Made by a program: the position numbers and the translations under genes. The notes beneath the pieces are model-generated. The model searched no databases. It saw nothing but the letters and a program-made list of their open reading frames with translations, and was not told the origin of the DNA. A stretch of DNA of 64,000 nucleotides from Malacoraja senta (taxonomy: Eukaryota): positions 18,848,001 through 18,912,000 of the forward strand of contig CM075985.1 in assembly GCA_038087875.1 (NCBI GenBank), read 5' to 3'. Each line of letters begins with the position of its first letter. Positions within the stretch are counted from its first letter, which is position 1. Positions 49,340 through 62,810 of this stretch are shown in pieces.

Positions 49340-50668
49340 ATCGGGTTCAATGGTAGAGGCGATCAGCTTGCACTAAGCGGGCGGCTGTTGCGGCTGTACG
49401 CTGCGCCCTCTGCTGTCCCTGATTCCAAGTGGAAACCAGCCGTCGACAGGATAAAGCAGGTCAGAGCGAACCGGGGGAGGGGAATCCGGGACAGCCACCA
49501 TGTCTGCAGCGCTGCGTCAACTGCGCCGCTCTCCCTCTTTCATGTTGCGCGGATCAAGGGAGGGGGTTGGCAAAGCAGCCATTTGCAGCTAATTCTTATG
49601 CCTTTAATTAGCTTTTTTTTTAAATGTACATCTTTGAAACGCGTGCTCAAGTGGGAAAAAAATAACCAGAAAAAAACGCGCGCGAAGGAGCAGCAATCTG
49701 CGAGAGCGGCGACTCCTCTGCCGCAGGGAAACACGCGTTACAATTTGATAGTGCGCAGTTTGTGCATGGTTAAGGCATTATTTTCCACGTTGGCGGGGTG
49801 GGATATAATATTCTGCATTATGTTTATATACAAAATAGGGATTTAATTTGTTTTAAAAAAGCCAACAGGTATTGTCAGCATGAGCAGGAGGAGGGAGAAT
49901 TAAATGGATGGATGAAGCGAGCGTCCTGGGTTTCCCGCCAACAATGCGAGGCGGGCTGATTGCACGGGATCCCCGCTCTATGCAAAGAGCCGCCTTTCAT
50001 TTGGCGTCTCCGCTGCCTGCGAGCAGCCGCCGAGCGCCGCGCTCAGACACTGTAAACCTGCACTGTCTAGTACTATCGACAAGTAGTGCGCTGCCCGCTG
50101 GCGGGAACCGCCCAGAGACCCCGCCTCAAGTGTAGCGGAGTCAAGGTGCGGGAGGGGGCGGCGTGAGTGAGTGAGTGAGATCGCCACTGCGGAGCTGGCT
50201 ATGCATTGCACACTGCATCCTGCTCCAAAAAAAAAAAAAGCAAGCCTCTCCCCGAGTGAGTGGGTGATTATACAACTGAGGGTTTGTAATTAAGCGGATT
50301 GATTCCTCAGCGCCAGCGATCCGCCCCTGCCTGCTCTTCTCTATAGGAGTTGAGAAGTTGGTCTGTCCTCATTTAGATCAGCAACGCTGCAAGAGGCGCT
50401 TGTGAGCCAGGGCTTTGAGCTGCTGACACTTAGTCACTGCAAGGAGGGAGCGGCACCGTGTTCGTGGAGAATATCAAACACGCAACGCATTTACTTCGGG
50501 ATTTACTCGCCTTTTTAAAAAAAAAACATACACACAATCAGAAATCTTCGGAGGGAATTACCGAGCGTCTTCGATTAGCGCAAATCTTTTTTCTTTTTGC
50601 GTTGAATTTTTAATTTCTCTCTACTGGGAACGCAAAAAAGGGTATAAACAGCGGGATTTCACTTTGCG
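49340..50668 (+). promoter_or_regulatory. pim3 CpG-island promoter and 5' UTR
   Basis: Sharp rise in CpG/GC against a CpG-depleted background. E2F-type TTTCCCGCCA (49931-49940) and TGGCGGGAA (50099-50107), GC box CCGCCC at 50321, TATA-like CTATAG at ~50341. No ATG between 50341 and the start codon. TSS not determinable. Confidence 0.7.
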
Positions 50669-50756
50669 ATGCTACTCTCCAAGAAGATCGGTTCGTTTGC
50701 TCACATTTGCAGCCCGACCAACATGGATTTGCCAGTGAAAATCCAGTTACAACAAG
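50669..50756 (+). CDS. pim3: pim3 coding exon 1 (88 nt, phase 1)
   Basis: ATG at 50669, [29 protein letters not shown], donor AAG|GTACAA at 50757. Confidence 0.9.
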
Positions 50757-53593
50757 GTACAAGCCCCGGTTCCCCTTGGAACTGTGTGTGTTTTTTAATC
50801 TATATGGAGTGTCGATGTTTAAGTAATCGTTTGGGGAATGCTGCATTGGTCGTAGTGTCTCAATGTTTTGATGCGCTGTGTAGTGTTTGGGGACGGGCTG
50901 CGGTTTGTCATGGGTTGCGTTGTGCCCATCAATTGCACGAGTTCGTCCCGCTTTACGAGTGTGTGTCAAGGGGATTACAATCAAAGTTAATGCGGATTGG
51001 AATTAAAGTTAGAGTTGTTATTTTGCACACTTTTTTAAAGTAAAATGTCGTTGTTTTCCCCCGTTCTACAGTGAAGGAGCGGGAGCCGTTTGAGAAAGTG
51101 TATCAGATCGGGGCAGTGCTGGGCAGCGGCGGCTTCGGCACAGTCTACAGCGGCGTGAGGCTGAGCGACGGGCTCCCGGTGAGTTACTACCCCCGACCTG
51201 CCGCCACACACACACACACACATACATACACACACACATACACATTCCCCGCGACCCCTCTCGACCACCAACTCATCCGCTTTTCCTCTTTTCTTCCAGG
51301 TTGCTGTCAAACATGTGGCCAGAGACCGAGTGACCGAATGGGGCTCGCTGGTGAGTTACCCTTTCCCCCCCAATCCCTCTTTTCACACTTATCGCAGCGA
51401 GGAGCTAAAGTGCGCTGCAATACATCGCTTACAGTGAGCGTTGTCCTCATAATGTTGAGATTGGCGTTTGGATTCTATTCAGTGCGGAGCATCTGTAAAT
51501 TCAGCTTGCTTAGCCTTTGGGAGGAGGGAATGGGGGAATTCTAGTAATTTCGATCTAGAAGGAGAAGGTTGCTGCCAATTTCTTTATTTATAGAAATCAA
51601 AGAGGCAGATGTTGGAAGCAAAGTTTTTTTTTTAAAGGAGTGTTGGGTGCATCCATCACCTACTTTAACGAGGGCTGGCATTTTTTCCCCGTGCAATGAC
51701 ACAAGGACACGTTATGTTTAGGGTGCACGTTGCGGGCCAGTTGGTCGATGCGGGTTTTTTTTTTAACCTGCAGGTTTTACAAGGTATTTATCCATTGCCC
51801 TGGGTTTGGTGTTTTGTAGAACGGCAGCCTGGTGCCCCTCGAGATCGTGCTGCTCAAGAAGGTGGCTGGAGGCTTTCGAGGAGTCATTAAAATGCTGGAC
51901 TGGTACGAGCGGGGTGACAGCTTCTTGTTAATCATGGAGCGGCCGGAACTGGTCAAAGACCTGTTTGATTTTATCACCGAGAAGGGAGCCCTGGAGGAAG
52001 AGCTGGCGCGGGTCTTCTTCAGGCAGGTCCTTGAGGCAGTCCGGCACTGCTACAACTGCGGTGTCGTTCACCGGGACATCAAGGACGAGAACCTCCTGGT
52101 CGACCTGCGCTCCGGCGAGCTCAAACTCATAGACTTCGGGTCGGGGGCGTTGCTCAAGGACACGGTCTACACAGACTTTGATGGTAATGCACTGTTCTGG
52201 GCTTTCCAGTGTGTGTGTGTGTGTGTGTGAGAGACTGCAGTCGGCTTTCCCCTGTATCTGCCTATTTAATGCAATAATTGAGACTCGAGCCGGTTTATGC
52301 ACTCGTTGATTTAAGAAGTTAAAATATAATTGCCTTGTGAACGAACGCCCTTCGCTTTTTGAGGAGTGAATTGTCCCCATCTCAACCCAGCTGGGTCCCC
52401 TCGCTTCTATCCCAGGGTTTATACACCAGGTTTTGGCTCCGGTTAGCGAGCCCAGCAGAAGCGAACCCTGCCACCCGCCCTCCGCCGGGCTGCGCACTGC
52501 TTCCTCCCACCTTGTTGTGAAACTCGAGCCCTCCCCGGGTTAACCCTTGCTGGGGGCTCTGGTTTGTGGCTGGTAGCTCCACCCAGGCGCCCAGCGCTGC
52601 GGCTTCTCGCCCGCTCCCTCCCTCCCTCCCACCAGCCCGCCGCTACTCCCTGCAGCAGACAGCGAGCTCCACCCCGCCCCTGCCTACCCGCTCTTTTTTT
52701 GTTTTCATCCTATTTTACACCCATTTCCAATTTATTTCCTCACCCTCTCTTCTGGTTGGTTTTTTTTTTTTGCATCGTTCTCCGTTTCCCTTCATCCCTC
52801 CCTTTCTCTAGTTTGTTTCTCTCTTGCTGGTTGCCTTTGCATTCGCTTTCCCTGCTGCTGTTACTGCTGCTGCCAGGAATCCCACCATCCGAGGCTTCCT
52901 TACGTTTGTAAACAAAGGAGTCAGCTGACCAGCTGACTGCAGGGAGTTGATCTACAGACTAACCGGGGTCTGTCTCAACATCTGACCAAGATCAGAGGGA
53001 ACTTGTTTCGTAGGATGTGGTCACTTGCCGCGTTTTGTGCCCCACACCCACTTCCAATTCTGCAATGTAATTAGCCTTCTGGCTGCCCCCGGCTTAAATT
53101 CTGTTTATTTATTCTTCACAGGCACAAGAGTGTACAGTCCTCCAGAGTGGATCCGTTACCATAGATACCACGGGAGATCTGCTACTGTGTGGTCTTTGGG
53201 AGTGCTGCTGTATGATATGGTTTGTGGGGATATCCCTTTCGAACAAGATGAAGAGATCTTGCGAGGTCAAGTGTACTTCAGGAGGCGAATTTCTTCTGGT
53301 GAGTGGGATTTCAAGCAAGTGCTGGAGTGTCTTGTAATGTAATGCCTATTTTGGGGCACTTTTTTTTATGCCGATTTCTTAACACTTGTTTACTATGTTT
53401 GTTTTCAGAATGTCAGCATTTGATCAAGTGGTGCCTTGCACTGCGGCCTTCCGAGAGACCCATGCTGGAACAGATCTTTGAACACGCTTGGATGCGAAAG
53501 GCTGAAGTAGTTAAAACCGAGGACTGTGACATCAGGCTGCTGAGCCTAGACCTCGAGACCTCCAGCACAAGTTCGAGCAAGGAGAGTCTGTGA
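50669..53593 (+). CDS. pim3: PIM3 serine/threonine kinase, spliced CDS join(50669..50756,51072..51178,51300..51350,51820..52183,53122..53298,53409..53593), 972 nt, 323 aa
   Basis: Six exons join in frame with GT-AG boundaries. Motifs: GSGGFG loop, VAVK, PIM hinge [26 protein letters not shown]-terminus [38 protein letters not shown] and C-terminus [14 protein letters not shown] match PIM3 rather than PIM1/PIM2. Confidence 0.95.
51072..51178 (+). CDS. pim3: pim3 coding exon 2 (107 nt, glycine-rich loop)
   Basis: Acceptor ttctacag, (V)[35 protein letters not shown], donor GTGAGT. Confidence 0.95.
51205..51244 (+). repeat. (CA)n microsatellite in pim3 intron 2; (GT)n at 52209-52228 in intron 4
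   Basis: Seen directly. Confidence 0.95.
51300..51350 (+). CDS. pim3: pim3 coding exon 3 (51 nt)
   Basis: Pyrimidine tract plus ccag acceptor, [17 protein letters not shown], donor GTGAGT. Confidence 0.95.
51820..52183 (+). CDS. pim3: pim3 coding exon 4 (364 nt, hinge, catalytic loop, DFG)
   Basis: Acceptor ttttgtag, [15 protein letters not shown]...HRDIKDEN...DFGSG...TDFD, donor GTAATG. Confidence 0.95.
53122..53298 (+). CDS. pim3: pim3 coding exon 5 (177 nt)
   Basis: Acceptor ttcacag, [27 protein letters not shown]...RRRISS, donor GTGAGT. Confidence 0.95.
53409..53593 (+). CDS. pim3: pim3 coding exon 6 (185 nt to TGA)
   Basis: Acceptor ttttcag, [18 protein letters not shown]...SSSKESL*. 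Confidence 0.95.
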
Positions 53594-54890
53594 AATAACA
53601 CGTGCTTCACAGCAGATGGGGAATTCGACATAAAAAGGACCCTGTGGTGGTGCCACCAGCTTGTTGTGGGAGGGGGATAATGGTTTATTTCTGATCCTGT
53701 TCTCTGGGTGGGGGTGGGAACACGAGGGTGGGGGGGGGGAAGTGGGGGAGAAATCTGACTGCTGGTTACTGCTCTGAATTAATTTTGTTTTCTTTTGGGA
53801 ACATTGGAGTTTTGAGATAAATGGGCCAGTACTTAGCAATGACTGACCTTTATTTTTTGGCAAAAAGTGACCTCCAAACAATGCAAACTCTGCTCTCATA
53901 GAGTCTGGACTAAATGTTCTTTGCTTTCTGAGTGCCTTTTGAAAGCTGCTTTAATTCACTGGTGATGGGATACTTGAACATACTTTGTTCCCCTTCTATC
54001 TGCTGCTCAGAATACTTTGGCCTGCACAAAGGTGTGTACAGAGACATCAAGAACTGTCTGCCAGCAATGTTGGTTTTTCCTCTCTGGTTTTCTTTATAAT
54101 TTTCCTTTCCCAAGCCATCTCAACCACTGGATAGATGCCCAAATTTCGATTTTCCCCTTCTCTCCCATCAATCTGCGACTTATTTGTTCATGGCCAAGGC
54201 ATATCGGGGCATGGTTGTATGCACAATCAATGCAATTCAAGGACACTTTCAAGACTGTACATTGTATGTAATGTAAATTATGTTTCATTATGTATTATAC
54301 TTGTTTTTATTTATTTGTATTCTTAAAGTTAGACTGTCCACAAATTTCACGTGGCTATTTATTTGTTTAATTTATTTTAGAGAAAAATTCCAACACTGCT
54401 GTTCTGCTTCCAAGATGCTTGATTGGTTAGTCTAGGATATTTCTGCATTCCTTTTTTTTCCTCTGCATTTAAAAAAAATCTACCATGCAGGTTTCAGTCC
54501 ATTTGTCATGGAAAGTGATTGGAAGCTTTGTGTCAAAGGTACCCTTTTAAAAAGGGAAATAGATGGATTTTATTTTCTTCTAACTTTGTGGTGTTCAACC
54601 AAGGCTCTTCATGGCTGTTTGTATTAGAAGTGTAAAGTATACTGTTTGAAAGGTTTTAAATTATTGAAGTTGTACAGTCTCCATCATTGGCTTAGGAAGG
54701 TAGAGTGGCAGTCGACCTTTTTAATTTATTTCAATAGCTGTGTTTTTTGTGCACTAGATCTAGTTGCATTTATGCAGCTTGGATTTGGGAGTTTTTTTTT
54801 TCCAATTTAGCTGTGCGAAATAAATGATGGATGGAGAACATATTTTTTTATACAAGCATTTCAATTAAAGTTCACATTTTGTACAAAATT
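53594..54890 (+). other. pim3: pim3 3' UTR with AU-rich elements
   Basis: Repeat-free U-rich sequence after the stop; TATTTAT clusters at ~54305-54320, 54355-54378 and 54721-54731. Confidence 0.7.
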
Positions 54891-54905
54891 TGTTTCCTGT
54901 CTTGA
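54819..54905 (+). terminator. Candidate polyadenylation signals AATAAA (54819-54824) and ATTAAA (54864-54869) with downstream GT/T-rich tract
   Basis: Hexamers seen directly; repeat-derived sequence resumes at ~54960. Confidence 0.6.
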
Positions 54906-57900
54906 CTGACTGTTCATATGTAAACTTCAAGGGCATGTGTTTTAAAAGCATATTTCCAACTGCAGTGGTTAAGTTAGTGGGTTAGAACAATGGGTTAACA
55001 ACCAAGAGGAGGTGAAATTCCAGCCTGCTAGCTGTGGCATTTAAAGTCCGAATAGTTAAAAGAGACCAGTCTGGAGAAGGGTCTTGACCTGAAACGTCAC
55101 CCATTTCTTCTCCCTGGAGATGCAGCCTGAGTTACTCCAGCTTTTTGTGTCTATTTTCTGAACAATAACTGCAAAGTACCATTTTGTCATTTAAAACCCT
55201 CCTGTTTCACTGTATGGAAATGCAGATGCATTGTGTCCTTCATGGGAAATCCCTACCCAGCAGCATAATGGGAGTAAATGAAGAATGTCTTCAATTCAAG
55301 GTGGCAGCGAATCGCGTTTCAAAGCATAGGCAATAAATACCTGTGGTTGAAAAATAAAGTCCATCAGATAAGGAAACAGGCCAAACTACACTGATGCCAA
55401 CCCACAGCTATTGATTCAACTGCCCTCTTAATGGTGTATAAATGCCATTACTGTGGGTAATTCACTACCACTTCCCAAAGGCTGTTGGAGAAGAGCGACA
55501 TATTATGCCACTGCTAACTCCAACCCGAAAAATCGTATCAATGTTGCAGTGGACAACAGGACCTGAAGCAAACTAATTTGGAAGATGCAATATATAAATG
55601 GGGTGGCACCAGCTTTGTCTTGTTTAAAATCAACTGGTGTGGCCAGAATTCTCTTTGGGATTTAATGTAAACATAAGTTCAGTTCTTTCACATATTATTT
55701 AGGAGATAAAATGATGAAACCAATGCAAGTTAGTTAATTGTTTACATTTTTAATTGTTTAAAAGTCACAAGCTTGGTAGTATTCAATGTCTGGATATTTA
55801 CACGGGTTGAAGTGTCTACCAGTGAGCCTTGTGCCTTTCACCTTCCAACAACCAGTGAGTGCAGTTACACACTGAACTGGGGGTTAATAAGGGTAAATGA
55901 TGGCAGAGACTGCAAGAGACAAGCTATGTATGTGGCCCTATTCATGATTGACACATAATATGATCAATGTTTTACACAGTAATTACTACATCTTGCCAAT
56001 TACATAATTTCAGCTAACAGCTGATTCAAATTTTACCTTGCCAATTTACTTTATGCGGAATTGGCTATTTACTACTTACTAGTTTGAGTCCTCGCCTATG
56101 ACTTGACAGTGGCTGTTAAGTTGTGTGAAACTACCTTTAAATTTAAAACAAATTGCCCTGAACTGCCCATATTCCAGAGAATGCAAACCTAATTTGTGTA
56201 ATTGTTACTTGTAATTTAACCCTTGGGAATACAGGTTCCATTCTGGTAAATTGATACAGCAGTCTCCAAGGTCATTTAAAATGTGTTATCCAAAGTTGCT
56301 GTTTACTCCAGGTGTTACTTAACCGGGGCTGTGTTTACTGCAAGCAATACTGCGTCCATCTCTGAATGCTAACCTGCTAGCATCTTACTGGTTTTCTTGA
56401 TTACTTTCTGTATTAGTCAGATGTTTACATGTACATTCGTTTTCAGAACCTCCTAAATGTAAAACTTTACTACGCATACCTCCAGATTCGGGGACAGTTC
56501 CCAGATGTCATTACACAACTGAACTGTCCTCTCACCAGCTAGAGAGCAGTCCTGTCCTCCCATCTTCCTCATTGGAGACCTTCAGACTATCATTAATCAC
56601 ATTTTATTGGACTTTATCTTGCACTAAATGTTATACCCTTTATCCTGTATCTGTACATTGTGGACGGCTTGACTGTAATCATGCATAGTCTTTTCACCGA
56701 CTGGATAGCACACAACAAAAAGCCCTTCACTGTACTTTGGTAAATGCAACAATAATAAAATAAACTAATAAACAATTAAGTGACTGTATGGGATTAAAAT
56801 GGAGTATCCCACATTGAAATTAATGTGACACATATTAGCTCATTCTCTTTACAGTTCTTTATCACTATTAACTTAGATAGGTTGCTTTCTATGCTATTAG
56901 ATGATACATATGCTTAAAGGTTGAGGGTCGATATAGACTCTTGTTGACACCAATCATGATCTGCCAATTGGAATACATGGTAGAAGAAAAAAATAATCAG
57001 TTGACTTCCTCCTGGTCAATTTCTTCAAGCATGACCTTTTTGTGAATGTGTGCTGCTAGCTGATTGTTCATTTAGAAATTCTTCAGGTCACATTGGTTAT
57101 TCTCAGTATCTCAAGTGTTACACTAATTGGTCAATAATTCCCCAAGCTTCCCCTGTAACAAACTGGAAAAATGTGAAGAATTTTCAAATCTAATGAAGCA
57201 GTGAAGGGATTGCTGGTATTTTCACCTTTCCCACTCTAGGAAACCATCTGTTGCTTGTCATTGTAAATTTATTTTCATTATGTTATTTTTATGTCAATCT
57301 TGATGAATTCCTGGCCCGATTCAGCTTTAGTTTCCTTGACGAAATACTTTCTCTACTGTAAATATAACCACAGATTACTCAACATACCTGCCCTTCCTTT
57401 CATTTACAGTAATCATTATCAATTTTCAACTGCTCCGCATTCCTTTCTCGTGTGTTGTTCCTTCTAATAAACTTTGTAGTTTCCTTCTCATAGTCCATCA
57501 GCGTAGCTCATGTTATTTGTTTAGTCACCCTGGGATCTTTGTTTCTGCCTACTGGAGAACAAGAGGAGGATGGGACTGATTGGGCTGTTCCACTGGGAGC
57601 TCACATCGTCCCGAGGGCCTGAACAGATCCCCATGCCATGAGGAGGTTTCTCCCAGTTGTTGGAATCTCGAGCACAAAAAAGTAGAGCTGCAGAAATAAC
57701 TCAACAGGTCAGGCAGCATCTATGGTGGGAAATGGACTGTCGACATTTCGAGTCAAAACCCTTCATCTAGATATTGACCTGCAATGTCAAATATCCCTTT
57801 CCCTCCATAGATGCTGCCTGACACTCTGAGTTTCACCAGCAGTTCTCTTTTTTGCTGAAGATTTCAGCACCTGCAACCTCTTGTGCCTCCATTTTACCGT

Positions 57901-59964
57901 TAGGATCTTGCAAGTTATTTTACATCTTTTAAAACCATTTTCCTTTTAAATTTACATTGCCTTGTTAAAATGTTGTCTACTATAGGTATTAAATCTTGCA
58001 ACGAGACTTGAACAACTGTTCTTTCCATGTAAAATGAGGTCCAGTGACAAGAGAAAATGACAAGAGATTGCATTGGATTTTGGGACTATACTTAAATCAG
58101 ATTGCTCTCTATATTTGGATTGTGTCAACAAGAGCTGGTTTATTTTGCTTCACTAAACTGCTGAGTAAAATGTAGGGTTTTGCAAATATGTACAAGGGCC
58201 AAAGCCTGACCTGATCAGTTGAAGGTGGTTTTAACCTGCTAATGTTTTGCAAGCTGCCCGGAAATTTGTTGCAAAGTAGAGTTGTGGAATTCGTGTGGAA
58301 TAGGGGTCTTATCCACAAGTGAATCATTTCCTTTTTGGCAACAACACGGAACATCCTGATGTCTTGGGATAGGATGTAGAATCCTAAAATATATAGAAAT
58401 CCTAAAATCAAGTTTTTTATGGTAATGGTTTCCATCACAATGGTTTCATTCACAAGTTCTACAAGTTTGCTTTAAACTAAAAGTTTGGTCACATTTCACC
58501 ATTAATGCAATGATAGGAACTGAAGATCCCATGCTAATTCAGTACAGCCCCTGGAGTTCAGTATTCTGCTTAGTGGCGATGGGCATTGTAAAGGCTGGTG
58601 GGGGAACCATAAGAGATCAGCATTTGAGTATAAATGGGGTGTTCTTTTCTGAGATGCACTCTACAATGATATTGGACATCTTCAAATTAAAGGGACTCGT
58701 CTGAATATTCCAGACTAAAATGTAAATTGCAATTGATTTGATCTTTACACTGGACTAGATCGCGTTTGCCTGTCTCATTGTATTTAAATCCAGTTGCCAC
58801 GCTGACTGAACAATTGCTTGCTCAAACGAGCCCTACTTGCAATAGTACTTGTGCACTGCAGGTGGTGCTATTGAGGGCTAGGTTTCTTATCCAAAAAAAC
58901 TTGTTCTTGAGAATTGCAGCTGTAGGTAGCAGTAAAACTTGTGTATCTATTTTCAGGAAAATATGCACAACATGGTTTATTTTAAATGATTTTGTTTTCT
59001 GTACAGCTGCCCTTAAAACACGTTCACAGCTGGAAGGTGAACGGAGAACCAGTTCCCAGCACTTTCACCCACCCACTAAATCTTTCAAAGTCACCTCTGC
59101 AGCGCCTCACCTAAACTGAGAACATACAAACTAAACCTTAGCAAGTGTCTTTGCAGAATGAGCACACTGGCTTCTCTCCTCCCCTCCACTTAGACAGTCG
59201 TGGACTTCCTACGGCTTGGTTGGAACTCAGTAAAAGCCAGTGTCGAGTTTAAGCCACCCTCGCCTGCATAACTTTGTTTGTTCTCCTTGGACCAAAGAAG
59301 GTTGAGAGGATTTTTAATAGAGGTGATTAAGATTATGGCTGGTTTAGTCAAATAGGAAACTTGCTTCCATTAGCTGATGGTGCAAGAACCAGGAGACACA
59401 GGTTTAAAGTTTAGTACTAAGATACAGATGGGATGTGGGGGAAAGGAATTCCAGGTTAGAGAGGATGATGAAGACATCACTCAGTTCTTCAAGAAGGAAT
59501 TGGATACCCACCCGAGAAAAAATAATTTGGTGGCTTAGGAGGAAAGAGCAAGGGAATAGGATCAGAAGCGGGGGGGGGGGGGTACTTGGAGCCATGATAG
59601 ACTTGAACTGCATGACCTTTGCTGGTCAGAGATAATTCTATGAACCAAGAGCCATTCCATTGAATGGGTTTATACAATTTTTTAACGATATTCCAAACAG
59701 TTGACAAACCATGTACAATATAAATTGTGCATGTAGGAAGGAACTCCAGTTGCTGGTTTACTCTTAAGATAGACACCAAATGTTGGAATAACCCAGCGAG
59801 TCAGGCAGCATCTCTGGAGATAAGGAATAGATAATGTTTCGGGTCGAGACTTTTAAGATGAGAGGGGACAGATCTGAGAGGCAAGGAAATGGCAGATGGA
59901 ATTTAACTTAGACAACTGAGGAATGATGCATTTGTCACCAAATGGTGGTGGGTATATGGAACGA

Positions 59965-61030
59965 GCTTCCTTTAGTCCAGGGGAAAGTGCCAGACTGTCC
60001 AACCTCTCCTGATAACCAGCTGTCCAGTCGAGCCAACGTTCCTGTGAATCTTTTCTGCACCCTCTCTAGTTTAATTACATCCTTCCTGTAGTTGAGCAGT
60101 CAGAACTGCATATAATATTCCATATGCAGTCTAACTATTGATTTGTACAACTGTAACATAATGCCCCAACTCCTATTCTCAATGTCAAATACCCGTGTTG
60201 TCACTTTCAGGAAACTATGCACATGTACCTCAAGGACTCAATGTTCAATAACACTCCCGAGGGCCCCCCCCCTCCCACCCACTGTGCATGTCCTTGATCT
60301 AGCTCCCATTGTAACCTTAGACAGCCTTCATCACTGTCCACTATACCACCAATTGGGTGATCTGTAATCTCACTAATCATGTCACCTACTTTCTCTTCCA
60401 AATCGTTAATATAGATATGACCACGTGTAGGGGACCCATGACTCATCTCCGTGACATCCACTGGTTACAGGTCTCCAATCTGGCAGTCAACCCTCAATTA
60501 CCACTCTTTCGCCTCCACTACCAAACCAGTTTTGTATCCAGTTTGCTATCTTGTCCTGAACCCCACGTATTCTAATATTCTGGACCAGCCTACCATGTGG
60601 GACCTTGTCGATGGCCTTGCTGAAGTCCATGTAGACAATGCCTACTGCCCTGCCTCTATCAATCCTCTTGGTCTCCTTCTTGCTGAAATTTGCGAGATAT
60701 GATCTCCCATGTACAAAGCCATGCTGACTATCCCCAATCAGTCCTTGCCTTTCCAAATGCAAATAACTTCTGCCCCTCAGAATCCCTTCCAGTAACATTC
60801 CCATCACTGATGTAAGTCTCATGGGCCTGCAGTTTCCTGTGTTGTCTTTGTAGCTCCTCTTAAATAAAAACTCAGCATTATCTATTCCTCAGTCATCGCG
60901 TATCTCACCGGTGGCTAATGAAGATACAAATATCTCTACCAGGGGCCCATTCATCTCCTACTTTGCTTCCCACAACATCATATGATACTCCTGGTCAGGC
61001 CCTGGAGAATTATCAATTTTTATGAGCTTT
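59965..61030 (-). mobile_element. Older, degenerate CR1 RT fragment
   Basis: ORF 60487-60822: QHGFVHGRS, YMDFSKAIDKVPHGRL. Confidence 0.8.
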
Positions 61031-61246
61031 GAGTTCCTCATTTGTAATGTGTATACGCTTTCAGGATATCATTGTTCTCTTTCATAAATTCACTAATACG
61101 GGTGTCAGGGATTATGGGGAGAAGGCAGGAGAATGGAGTTAGGAGGGAGAGATAGATCAGCCATGATTGAATGGCAGAGTAGACTTGATGGGCTGAATAG
61201 CCTAATTCTGCTTCTTTCACTTATGATCTTATGACTGACTTCCATG

Positions 61247-62810
61247 ACTGCATCCCAGAGTACTTAAGGAAGTAGCTCCAGAAATAGTGGATGCATTAGT
61301 AATAATCTTTCAAAACTCTTTAGATTCTGGAGTAGTTCCTGAGGATTGGCGGGTAGCAAACGTAACCCCACTTTTTAAGAAGGGAGGGAGAGAGAAAACG
61401 GGGAATTACAGACCAGTTAGTCTAACATCGGTAGTGGGGAAACTGCTAGAGTCAGTTATTAAAGATGGGATAGCAGCACATTTGGAAAGTGGTGAAATCA
61501 TTGGACAAAGTCAGCATGGATTTACGAAAGGTAAATCATGTCTGACGAATCTTATAGAATTTTTCGAGGATGTAACTAGTAGCGTGCATAGGGGAGAACC
61601 AGTGGATGTGGTGTATCTGGACTTCCAGAAGGCTTTCGACAAGGTCCCACATAAGAGATTAGTATACAAACTTAAAGCACATGGCATTGGGGGTTCAGTA
61701 TTGATGTGGATAGAGAACTGGCTGGCAAACAGGAAGCAAAGAGTAGGAGTAAACGGGTCCTTTTTCACAATGGCAGGCAGTGACTAGTGGGGTACCGCAA
61801 GGCTCAGTGCTGGGACCCCAGCTATTTACAATATATATTAATGACCTGGATGAGGGAATTGAAGGCAATATCTCCAAGTTTGCGGATGACACTAAGCTGG
61901 GGGGCAGTGTTAGCTGTGAGGAGGATGCTAGGAGACTGCAAGGTGACTTGGATAGGCTGGGTGAGTGGGCAAATGTTTGGCAGATGCAGTATAATGTGGA
62001 TAAATGTGAGGTTATCCATTTTTGTGGCAAAAACAGGAAAGCAGACTATTATCTCAATGGTGGCCGACTAGGAAAAGGGGAGATGCAGCGAGACCTGGGT
62101 GTCATGGCACACCAGTCATTGAAAGTAGGCATGCAGGTGCAGCAGGCAGTGAAGAAAGTGAATGGTATGTTAGCTTTCATAGCAAAAGGATTTGAGTATA
62201 GGAGCAGGGAGGTTCTACTGCAGTTGTACAGGGTCTTGGTGAGACCACACCTGGAGTATTGCGTACAGTTTTGGTCTCCAAATCTGAGGAAGGACATTAT
62301 TGCCATAGAGGGAGTGCAGAGAAGGTTCACCAGACTGATTCCTGGGATGTCAGGACTGTCTTATGAAGAAAGACTGGATAGACTTGGTTTATACTCTCTA
62401 GAATTTAGGAGATTGAGAGGGGATCTCATAGAAACTTACAAAATTCTTAAGGGGTTGGACAGGCTAGATGCAGGAAGATTGCTCCCGATGTTGGGGAAGT
62501 CCAGGACAAGGGGTCACAGCTTAAGGATAAGGGGGAAATCCTTTAAAACCGAGATGAGAAGAACTTTTTTCACACAGAGAGTGGTGAATCTCTGGAACTC
62601 TCTGCCACAGAGGGTAGTCGAGGCCAGTTCATTGGCTATATTTAAGAGGGAGTTAGATGTGGCCCTTGTGGCTAAGGGAATCAGGGGGTATGGAGAGAAG
62701 GCAGGTACGGGATACTGAGTTGGATGATCAGCCATGATCATATTGAATGGCGGTGCAGGCTCGAAGGGCCGAATGGCCTACTCCTGCACCTAATTTCTAT
62801 GTTTCTATGT
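61247..62810 (+). mobile_element. CR1 LINE, 5'-truncated, RT domain split by one frameshift
   Basis: ORFs 61287-61787 (NYRPVSLTS, YLDFQKAFDKVPH) and 61780-62718 (GVPQGSVLGP, KFADDTKL, TRGHSL); (TTTCTATG)n tail. Confidence 0.93.

Noticed and set aside
49334-49846. 170-aa ORF upstream of pim3
   Set aside because: TTG start, within the CpG island, no motifs or splice support
50653-50662. NF-kB-like GGGATTTCAC
   Set aside because: Single imperfect site immediately before the ATG with no other support
50580-50668. Upstream CUG-initiated long isoform, as in PIM1
   Set aside because: In-frame TAA at 50645-50647, eight codons upstream of the ATG
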